A stretch of 64,000 nt of DNA, taken from NCBI RefSeq assembly GCF_009834535.1, contig NC_045698.1, positions 98,208,001-98,272,000 of the forward strand, given 5' to 3'. The notes under the pieces are model-generated. The model saw only the letters and a program-made list of their open reading frames with translations. It had not been told where the DNA came from and did not search any database. Each line of letters begins with the position of its first letter. The stretch's first letter is position 1. Below are positions 10,761 through 23,793 of the stretch, piece after piece. Made by a program: the position numbers and the translations under genes. The stretch is from Camelus ferus. Its lineage: Eukaryota.

Positions 10761-13700
10761 TTCTCGAGTACTTGAGTTATGACGCCAGACCTGAACGCGG
10801 TCCCTTCAACACCTCCATCTATCTAGTGGGCCAAGCCTGAAACCGGGAATTCATCCGAGATAACTCGTGTCCCTCATCCAACATCATCATCCAGTCCGAG
10901 ATGGTTTTTGGGTGTTTTGTTTGTTTGTTTTTACCTCCTAAAGAGCTGTGGAGTCTTTACGTGCCCTTGCCAATGCAATTGCCACCATCCTCTTCTCTGC
11001 ATACTGAAAGCAGGGCTTTGCATTTTCGGCAACTAAAGTGGGTCTGCAGAATATTAATCATACTAATTGTTTGCTTGTTTTTATAGTTTCTTCAGCTGGA
11101 CTTTAAATCCACAATAACCTGAACCTTATTTGTCATCATTGAAAACCCAGATGCCTGTACAGCATCTGGCATAGACTCATTTATGGAAAAAGTGAATGAA
11201 ATAATTTTTTTTAGTTCATTTATTCATTCAGCAAGCCTTGGGCATCCTCCGTGTTTATATTATCTATTTACATATGTAGTTTGCAAAGCACTTACACCTA
11301 GGTTATACCATTTATTCATGTGTGCTTACTTTATGGCACAACGCCTATGCTGGGTACTGAGATACATAAAGATAAAAAGAGAATCCTTTTCTATGAAGTG
11401 TTTACAGCCCAGTGAAGAGACAGATATGCTCCCACCTGTCATGATGGAAACATGAGGTACAATAGAAACCCCTGAGTCTGCCAAAGGAAGCCAGAAAGGG
11501 CTAACATCCCAGAGGGATGGAGGACCTGGAGAGGGTATACTGCGCCGAAAAAATAGATTGTACAAAATTTGAAAGCGTTAAAAAACAAGTCCTGTTGTGG
11601 TTGGTGTTGTTGCATTGTAGGTTGCATGGGGAGAATGGCTGGAGGGGTAGGTTATGCCAGGTTGAGAGGTTTAAATGTTATCCTTAAAATAAGCCAGTAA
11701 GAAGTCAGGGTAGATGTTATTCTTATTTTTCAGGTGAGAAACTGAGGTGTAGGTCCCCTGTAGAGTAAGTGGCAAGGCTGGTATTAAACCGCGTTCTGAG
11801 TACCTCTTCTGTCCACTACTGTAAAGTTGGTACATAGCTATATTAGCGTGAATGACAAGTTCTAGGGATTGTGCCATATTGGAGGGCACACGGGAAGTGG
11901 GCAGAGCAGGATTCATGCCTTGCTTTCTGGCAACTGTGTGTTACCACCTCTCTTCTTCCTGTCCTGGGTCGTAGATCCAGCAGTTCCTTCGGTTAGCCCA
12001 GCGGGGGACAGAGGAAAAGGAGAGAGAGAAGGCTCTGGTCAGCCTTCGTCGAGGCTTGCAGCACCCTGAGACGCAGCAGGCCTTCATCAGGTCAGTGTGG
12101 GTGGTATGAGTGGGTGGCTGGGGCTCTGAGGGATGGATGGGAGCATGGAGGAGAATGGGCCACAGGCTGAGCAGGGCTCTGGTGCTCACTTGTGTAGGCT
12201 GGAGGGCAGCATTCGGACCCTGGTCGGGCTCTTGACCAGCAACCAGGCCCTGCTGCAGCTGGAGGCGGCTCGCTGCCTTCATGAGCTCTCTCATTCTGAG
12301 CAGTCTACAGTGGCTGAGGCCTGCCTGCCGGCTACTTCCTATCTTCTCACCTACCTCTCCGGTCACAGCTCAGATTTTATAGTAAGCTCTATCCCTTCCT
12401 TCCTTATTCTTGGTTTGGATTTAAAAATTTGCTGTGGGTCCAGTTTGAGCTGGCAGCTAGAGAAAAGAAGAAAACCTGTTTCCCCTGATGCCACAGGCAT
12501 ACGTACACCCATCATCTCCCATTCCTCTGTACCCAGATCCCTAGGGATAGGGATGCTCCATCCACCCCACCCCTACCCCAGCCTGAGACAGGCCAAGCCC
12601 AGTGATTTTCTCATCCGGCTCTCAGGAGCTCTGTCTGTATACACTGGGTAACCTGATCGTGGAGAGTGAGGCTGTGAGAAGGCAGCTCCTGCCACAGGGC
12701 ATTGTTCCAGCTTTGGCTGCCTGCATCCAGGTAAGTGTCCATTTCCTTTCCTCCTCCCTGGGCAACCCTCCCGTCATGTCTCTCTACATGCACTGCCTGC
12801 TTTGGTTAGGCACCTCCAGCCTCTGCCCTGTGCTAAGAGGTTTAAAGTCTCAGGAAATCTTACGGCCTGGGTTCCAGAGTCAAATCCCTTCTCTGTCTGC
12901 TTCTAGTCCCCCCATCTGACTGTGCTGGAAGCCCTTGGATACGCCTTGTCCCAGCTTCTGCAGGCTAAGGAAGCTCCAGAGAAGATCATCCCGTAAGTAA
13001 AATTGGGTCTTCACATGTGCAGGCAGGTGTGACCTACTTGTTAGTGTAGCCCCTGGATGCCTGGTAGAGTTTTGTTTCCACGGCTGTTGCACATTTTAGC
13101 TCCGTGTGCCTGACTGGGAGGAGCTTTGGGTTTGGACACTTTGCCACCTGCTGTTAGGGTTTGGGAAGAGTGGCTGGCATCTTGCCTTCTGTGGTTCCTA
13201 CTCATATCTCTGCTTCTACTGGCAGCTCTGTCCTGGGCTCCCCTCTCCCCCAGCACATGCTGCAACTGTTGCAACCTGGCCCAAAGCTGAACCTTGGGGT
13301 TGCTGTGGAGTTTGCCTGGTGCCTTCACTACATAATCTGCAGGTAACACAGGCCAGTTGAAGAAAGTGCCATAGGCCTCCCCTGGAGTTTCCTTCCATGA
13401 CACTCAGGTTTTTGAACTTTGGTTTCTGGAATTGTAGTGGTGGGTTTTCTTCCTTCTGTGGTCCTCTCTTCTTGAAGCCCTGGAAACCCGCAGACCTAGG
13501 CCATTTGTTGATTTAAAGGTAGGATTGGCTCTTCCGGGGACCATATCTAGAGGCATTCAGAATGGTCCAGTGTTTGACATACTATCATAGGCTTTCCTAC
13601 AGTACAGCCTCTAACAAAGCTAGGCTGTCCCAAACTTCTGGTAATAGAATTGTTTACCTTTATACCAAGAAAGTTGGGAAAGCACCAAAATTCACATGCG

Positions 13701-15599
13701 GCGTGTGCCCAGGCCGACTTCGAGGAGTTCGTGATGTGAGACCTCAAGGTCTTATGAGACTGTCTAAAACAAAAAAGCATGTCAGCCGGGCTTATGATGG
13801 TTCCCTGTGTGCTAAACGTGTCTGTGACAGGATCAAGTGTGCTTTCCTTATTGAGGAGCAGAAAATCATCGTGAAAGTATTGAAAGCACAAGCACAGAGT
13901 CAAAGCTAAATAAAAAATGAAGCTTTTTTGAGTGATAAAAAAATGAAACAGCAAAAAAATAAAAAAATAAAGGTAGGATTGACTGAGTAGTGACTACTGG
14001 CTTCCTATTGCCCAGCCAGGTCAATAATGCCCTGCTCATCACCCATGGGGCTCTGTCCACTCTGGGGCTGCTGCTGTTGGACTTGGCTGGGGCTGTCCAG
14101 AGAACTGAGGATGCAGGACTGGAGCTGGTAGGTGAAGAGGTCAGGTCAAGATCTGGGCAATGTCTCTTCTTACTCTGCTCCTGCTTCCATGCGCAGGTTG
14201 CCCCTTGCTCCTTACACCTGACCCCCAACTCCTCTTTGCAGCTGGCATGCCCTGTGCTTCGGTGTCTAAGCAACTTGCTAACAGAGGCAGCAGTGGAGGC
14301 CGTGGGAGAGCAAATGCAGCTCCGAGATGAGCGTGTTGTGGCAGCCTTATTTATCCTTCTGCAGTTCTTCCTCCAGAAACAGCCCAGCCTGCTTCCTGAG
14401 GGCCTCTGGCTTCTTAATAACCTCACTGGTAAGCACTGTAATCTGCCTAGGCCTGGACCGTTAGATGCTGGGAATACTTCCTCATGGCCTGGGCTGGGGT
14501 GGGTAGCACTGGAACTGAGGTGGTTTCAGGCCCCAGTTAGAGGAACTTCACCCTGACATTTTCCTTTCCAGCAAACAGTCCTAGTTTCTGCACCTCCTTG
14601 CTCTCCCTGGATCTGATTGAGCCCCTCTTGCAGTTGTTGTCAGTATCTAATGTGGTGAGCGTATTGGTAGGTATTAAGGTCACTTGGGTCCAAGATCGGG
14701 TGGCCTGAGTATAAACAGTGGGAGCAGACCTAAGCCTCCAGATGTATCCTTAGCTGAGAGCTGGCAGGTGGTGTGGTGTGGATGGCTTCTGGGCCAGACC
14801 ATCAGTCATAGACCAGATGGTCTAGGTGTGTGTCCCTAAACCGTGGTGTACTAGTAACTAACCTTGGGCAAGTCAACTAACCATCTCAAGTGTCAGTTTC
14901 CTTATTTATAATTGGGAATGGTAATCCTACCTGGGGGTGGCTGAGGTAGGATTTACAGAATATGCATATAAAGTGGTTGGCATAGTGCTTGGGCACATGG
15001 TCAGTACTCCATAGAAGCTATTGTTACAATCTTTGGCTTTCCTCTGTGGGGATGTGTACATGTATCTGTCTGCAGGTGCTCACAGTTGTGTGCAACATTG
15101 CAGAGAAAGGTCCTGCTTATTGTCAGCGTCTCTGGCCAGGGCCCCTGCTCCCCTCCTTGCTGGACACATTGGCCTTCTCTGACACTGAAGTAGTAGGCCA
15201 GAGTTTGGAGCTGCTGCAATTGCTGTTCCTCTATCAGCCAGGGGTGAGTTTCTGGCCTTGGTCCCCAGTCCCCCTGTTCTGAAGCCTCTAGTCTCACCCT
15301 GGCCCCTTTCTTTCTAGTCTTAACTTTAGTCACTTCTCTGGGCCAGCTAGCCTAGGCTAGAACTTCTGTATTCTTGTTGGGAATGTGCTATCTTCCAAGA
15401 AGAGGTGGGCTAACCTGTAAGGCTGTGGGAGTTGAGTATTAGGGCTCAGGGACGCTGTGTTGAATCCTTTTTTCCCCACTCTTAGGCTGTTCAGGCCTTC
15501 TTGCAGCAATCAGGGCTGCAGGCCCTACAGAGGCATGAGGAGGTGGCACAGCTCCAGGATCGTGTGCGTGCTCTCCAGCAGACAGCTCAGCATGGGTGA
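10382..15599 (+). CDS. TMCO6: Transmembrane and coiled-coil domain protein 6 (IBB-like N-terminus, armadillo repeats), 492 aa
   Basis: join(10382..10466,10600..10709,11975..12090,12198..12381,12626..12730,12907..12992,13226..13342,14016..14127,14242..14428,14572..14666,15076..15243,15486..15599) = 1479 nt. All introns GT-AG and phase-consistent. [12 protein letters not shown]...[22 protein letters not shown]. Confidence 0.95.
10738..10756 (-). promoter_or_regulatory. Candidate CTCF site in TMCO6 intron 2
   Basis: Minus strand TGCCGCCAGATGGCG matches the CTCF core CCASYAGRKGGC with one tolerated substitution. Confidence 0.5.
13528..13968 (+). pseudogene. RPL34: Full-length processed retrocopy of ribosomal protein L34 in TMCO6 intron 7
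   Basis: Intronless ORF 13562..13909 ([22 protein letters not shown]...[11 protein letters not shown]), 5'TOP-like CTCTTCCGGGG start, degraded A-tail, and TSD AAAGGTAGGATTG at 13515-13527 and 13969-13981. Confidence 0.93.
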
Positions 15600-15917
15600 C
15601 TTGGCTTCTCCGTGTCACATACTCCACTCTTTAACTACCACCCCACCAACTTCCTGGCCCACAGAGCCCCTTTTGAGGGTTTAGAACCATAATGATGTGT
15701 CATGCTCTCTGCTCCCACATTTGAGCCTAAGCCTTGTCTAAGGGATCCCAGCTCCTCCTCCTTATCACCCAGCATTGTCCAGACAGGAGGGCCAAGAGGG
15801 AACTCAGTGGCCTACTTAATCTCGGTCCTTGGAATCTCCTCTTTTCTTGTTCTTTCTTTCCCCAGCCTTTTAAAAAATTCTTTTTGTTTCAGCAGCTGAT
15901 GGCTTTTGATGGGACAG

Positions 15918-15931
15918 AATAAAGTTTTATT
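15918..15931. terminator. Back-to-back poly(A) signals: AATAAA on + (15918-15923, TMCO6) and on - (15931-15926, NDUFA2)
   Basis: Sequence AATAAAGTTTTATT lies between the convergent stop codons at 15599 and 16122. Confidence 0.7.
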
Positions 15932-16121
15932 TTTATATTCAACTGCTTTGCCTCAGTTGGTTGTACAGTAAGGGGTAGAAGGTGGAATGAGGAACAAAAC
16001 ATCCTGAGAGCATTTTCAGCCCAAGCTTTATAAAGAACAGAAGAACACATTTGTCCACATTGTACCCAGTCCAGCAGAGCCCAGGCTGTAGGGCTGTTGC
16101 TCTTACTCCTCAGCAGAAGCT

Positions 16122-18290
<2,169 letters not shown>

Positions 18291-21200
18291 ATGCCGGAGC
18301 GAGATAGTAAGGCTTGGATCATTTGCCCTTTCTTCCCCGAGGGACTCGGGACACTTGGCGCGTTATTTTGGCCTCAGAGTTTAAGCTGGGTGTGTGTGTG
18401 TATGTGAGGCTGGAGGGGGGCCGGGAGAGTGACGCTTGGAGCATGGCGAGTCCGTTGGGCCCCTAGCGAGGCCAGCAGCTCCAGACTGTCCCTAAACCTT
18501 GTCTTTGCCCCAAACCACGACAGAAGAGTTTTATCTGTGAACAAACCTCAACCTCCATCACTTAATTTGGGGTTACGCCAATTTATCTTTCCGGTAGTAT
18601 CTTAGATGTTATTTTCAGGAAGTCTTCGCTGATCCTCTAGAGCTGTTACGGGGCCCCCTACTCTGGGCTCCCGCAGCTCCTTGTATTTTCCTACTTAAGC
18701 CCTTGTTACGTTGTATTGTCACTGTCGCTGTTCTTGCCTTTCTTCCTAACTAGATTGTGAGCAACTTGACAGGAAAATACATTGGTATTTTTACACTATA
18801 TCCCCATCTTTTGCACAGGACCTGACAAAAGAAATTGATTAAATTAATGTCAATTCTTTTTCTTAGGTGAGCCGTTCTCCAACCCTTTGGCCCCAGATGG
18901 CCACGATGTGGATGATCCTCACTCCTTCCACCAGTGAGTGTTTTGATGTAGAACCATGGGGATGAGCTGGGTATTAAGTGGTGGTGGTGGTGATGGTGAA
19001 AGAATTCTGAATGTCTTGTTAGCAAGGACAGTAAAAAAAAAAAAAAAAAAAAAAATCATACCACTTGCCCCTTTATCTCTGTGAACTTTAACTGGATCAG
19101 GCCAACTGCATAGGAGTATTAAAGGGGAAATTATGGCAGGGAGAATGCTAGTTTTTAAAATTGATGTTTAAAAAATAAAGTTGATGTTTAATTGCATATT
19201 ATATAGGAATTAATTATTGTCGACAATTAAAGCATCAGGATAAGGTTAATGTTGTCTTTGATAACATCCCCAATTCCAGTCCCTTTCTTGGAGGTAACCA
19301 GTGTTACCTTTTTAACTTGTATCTTTTCTTCCTACTCTTTTTAAATGCATTTATATTCATACATGCATATCCGAGTAAAATATATCATTGCTTGGTGAAT
19401 TAAAATATTAAAATTAAGTGGTGTTATATTGTATATATATCATTTTGCCACCTGCTTTTTTCACCTTCTCAGTATCTTGGACGTTATTTTCATGGCAGTG
19501 ACAAGGACTCCCCTCTTGACCAAACTCTAGTCAGTCTTCTCCAAGTCTTCTATTTTGACCAGGCCTGCTGAACCCAGTTTTAGCAAAGAATCCTGCCACA
19601 GTATCGAGAATCCCATCAATCAATCAAGGAGATCCAACAACTCCTCTTGATATCTAATCATATTCCTCTTCCACCCAACCCTTGATGTCCATCCAAGTAA
19701 TTTTCTATAAATTCCCAATTGTCCCTGTTGTATTCAGAGTTAAGTTTCAGTCCCTCTCCCTTTTTGCAATAGTTTTGGTTCCTATTATAGTAGTCTTGAA
19801 TAAAGTCTTCCTTGGGGAAACCTAGCAGGATTCTTTGCTAAAACTGGGCTCAGCAAGTCAATGAAAAGGCCTAATCAGAAGGGGGCTCAAAGAAAGCTTA
19901 CTAAAGTTTGGTCAAAGAGTGAGACCTTGTCACTGTACCAGTTAAAATGACCTCTTATACTGTCAGTGCTTTCTTCCCCACATTTGGGAAACACTTTCAC
20001 AGTTTATTTAGTCTCCAGTTAATGGATGTTTAGGTGATTTCCAAGTTTTCATTAGTTTCAAAACTGTAATTCAATCTCTTTCACAGGCCTTCTTATACAT
20101 GTGCCAGTAATTGGCCAGGTTATATATAGATGGAGTTGCTGGGTCATAGGATATTGCACATTTAAATTTTAAGATAGATAATGACCACTCTCCAAATTGT
20201 CCAAACTGATTTATATTCCCATCAGCGATATATGAGAGTATCCACTTCCCAAGTTGTCACTTGTTCTTCATTTAGCAAACTTTTTAATAGTTAACACTCT
20301 GATGCATTAAAAGTGGCATATCTTTGTTTTAATTTACATTTCCCTGATTTCTAGTAATGTGAACCATATTTTTTACATACTCCTTTCCCAGTTCTTATTG
20401 GTTACTAATTTTTAAAATTCTTGCCTTCTAGATCGAAACTCACCAATGAAGACTTCAGGAAACTTCTCATGACCCCAAGGGCTGCACCCACCTCTGCACC
20501 ACCCTCTAAGTCACGTCACCATGAGTAAGTTCTGAGGTGATCCAATCTTGTCTTCCATCTCCTTCCTACAGAAAATCTACTGAACTCGATGTCTTAGGAA
20601 CTAGAAAGCTAGTTCTTTTTTAAAGTCTATGATTCTGATTCTCTTCCTCTGGAGACTGAATCTGTTCCATGGAGCACTTGTACTAGAGTTGCTTCTTTTG
20701 CTTAAATGGGTAGATATCTGGGTCCATTCCAGCCTGGCAGACTCAGATTCTAGGACACATATTTGGGGGTATATAATTTTAATAGTCCTTCAGTTGCTTG
20801 TGATGCTTTCTAAAGGTTCATAACTGGTTGCCTAGAAGGATGTACATGGATCTCAGGCCTGACTGAAACTGGTCAGCTGTTGCTTTGGTCAGTTTTCTAG
20901 GCCTTTCTTCAATCCTCAGGGCCACTACTTGGGGTTTCTGGGGCTGTGGCAATATTTTGCCATCAGTGAATTTTTTTCTTTTCTAGGATGCCAAGGGAGT
21001 ACAATGAGGATGAAGATCCAGCTGCACGAAGGAGAAAAAAGAAAAGGTGAAGGAAGGATGGAGGAGTATTGGGTTTTAAGGTGTATAGTATTGGGGGAGA
21101 GAGGTGGGGGCCAGTTATGAGGCTAGAGACAGGTTTCCCTTTCTTGTCCTGAGGTTCTCTGCTTTCTCAGTGGAGTGGAATGATATTTAGAATGGCAGTT

Positions 21201-23761
21201 TAGGGCTTTGGAATTAGCCTGTGGTGTTTTAATCTCATCTTTCACAGTTTCTGGGCATCTTGCTTAACCTCTCTAATCCTCAATATTCTTATGGGTAGAA
21301 TCAAGATAGTGATAATAACTTTTATCACATTGTCATGAGGATCCTGTGATAGTCCATGTAAACACTTAGTACCAGTATCTGGCATATAGTAACTCCCCAA
21401 CAAATCTTGGCTGCCATCATCATTATTGTCATCGCTATTACTTGTATGATAGTAAGCTTCCTAGACCTGGTACTTTGCTTTTCCTCTCTTCTTGGGGAGA
21501 TCTGACAAGGAGTGATTTATTTTCAGTTGAAATTTGGAAGGTGATAAAAATTCAGATGACTTCCTGGTTGCTGTCTGAAAGTCTCATACCTGTAGAGATT
21601 CAGTCATGTAGAGCTGGGTGGCATTAAGGGATTCTGAAGGGACAGATGGAGTGTCCTGAGGTGACATCAGAATAGTATATCTGTGAGCTAGAAGATGGCT
21701 GCGGTTCTGATTTTGAGGACTATCAGGAGGTGGTCAGAAGTTCTATTAGGACGTATATGAGCATTCACCATTGAGAACTGGATGAAGGTATAGGGAAACA
21801 GGAACAGTTCTGCTGAGCTTGGGATAGCAGCTGGTAAGCCTTACACATTTGCCTTTCACTGGTCACAGTTATTATGCCAAGCTTCGCCAACAAGAGATTG
21901 AGAGAGAGAGAGAACTAGCAGAGAAGTACCGGGACCGTGCCAAGGAACGGCGGGATGGCGTGAACAAAGATTATGAGGAAACTGAGCTGATCAGCACCAC
22001 AGCTAACTACAGGGCTGTGGGCCCCACTGCTGAGGCGTGAGTATTGAGCGGGTCAGGGTGTGGTTCCCTCAGCATTGTAGAATCATACAGTGGCAATGTG
22101 AATTCTTCCTCACATTTTCCCTGCTTTGGAAAGCCATTTCCCCATGCCAAGCCATTTCAGGAGGCGCTTGCCACCTACNNNNNNNNNNNNNNNNNNNNNN
22201 NNNNNNNNNNNNNNNNNNNNNNNNNNNNNNNNNNNNNNNNNNNNNNNNNNNNNNNNNNNNNNNNNNNNNNNNNNNNNNNNNNNNNNNNNNNNNNNNNNNN
22301 NNNNNNNNNNNNNNNNNNNNNNNNNNNNNNNNNNGCCTTGGTTGGTGGGTGGAGAGTAATGCTAGAGCGCTGCATGTTCTTGTATGGGCCTTTCGGGGTG
22401 AGGAGGGAGACTACTGTTAGTTGAGATCATCTAAAAGGACTAACGGTGGCCCTGCTGTAGGACTAGTTGCATCCTTCAAGTCTCAGCCTCAGTTTTATCT
22501 TCTTGGGAAAAAACCTTCTCTGATCACCCAGGTATGGTTAAGTCTCCCCACTCCTTACGTCCCACTTCCTGCATCCTTGCACAGCTCTTCTGTATCACTT
22601 ACACCAGGTGTCACACTTTGTTGTTTAGTTGTTTACTTTGTCTGTCTCTCCTGCTATAAGCTCCATTAGGGCAAGGACTATATTGTCCTGTTTAGTACTG
22701 ATTCTTAGTTCCTGGTATAGTGTGGTATAATGGTATTCAGTAAAAATACGGAAAATGAATAGGTGTCTAAGCCCTACTTGCTTTCCTCTTAGGTACGAGC
22801 TGAGATTGCCAGTAAAGAGAAAGAGGAGGAAGAACTGATGGAAAAGCCCCAGAAAGAAACCAAGTAAGTAAACATCACATCAGGGAGAGCTTGAGAGTTT
22901 AGAAAGGTGGGGCCTAAAGTAGGAACACATTAAGCAAAAATGTTTTTTTTTTTTTTTTTTTTCAGGAAAGATGAGGATCCTGAAAATAAAATTGAATTTA
23001 AAACACGTTTAGGTAAGTACAGGATTTCTACACTAGTGGCTGTGCATTCCAGGTGAATTGGAGGGAATTTAGTGCTCTGGGCAGGATCTGCTCCCCTTTC
23101 ACCTCAGCCTACTTTTTTCCCTCTCTTTTTTTGCCCCCACACCCGCTAGTTCCCACAAAATCCTCTAATACAACTCAGATGTGGACTTAGTTATTTTATA
23201 TGTATTACTGATGTCTCCTCAGTTAGGTTGGAAGCTCTTTTGAGATCTGGGCTGATCCTTTAAGGGAGGTAGCATGGTTGGTGATTAAAAGCTCAGAACT
23301 CAGAAGCCTGCATTTGAATCCCATGGTGAAATCATACTAAGCCTGTGATTTTGGGTGCAACTGGCTTAACTTCTCAGCTCCTGTTTGTCTGCTTGCAAAA
23401 ATGGGGTCAACATTCACCTCATAGAATTATTGGGATGAAGAGAAATAATGTGTGTAATGTGCCTGTCACACTGAGCATGTAGTAGAGCTATTTTTTCCAT
23501 CATCATGACTATTACCTTACATGTCATCCTTCTTCCCAGGGCCTAATACAATGCTAGGCACATAGTGCCCTTGAGAAAACAGTGTAGGAAGGGTGGATGA
23601 GAGCTTAGCCATCGGAGTTAAACTGCCAGGGTCCCATTCTTTATTCTGTCATTTAGTAGCTGTAGGACTTATGGTGGTCATTATGACTTAAGTGGTAGTA
23701 AATCACAGCTCTCAGCCTTAGTATTCTTTTAAAAAAATTTTTTTTGGGGGTGAGGGAATTA

Positions 23762-23793
<32 letters not shown>

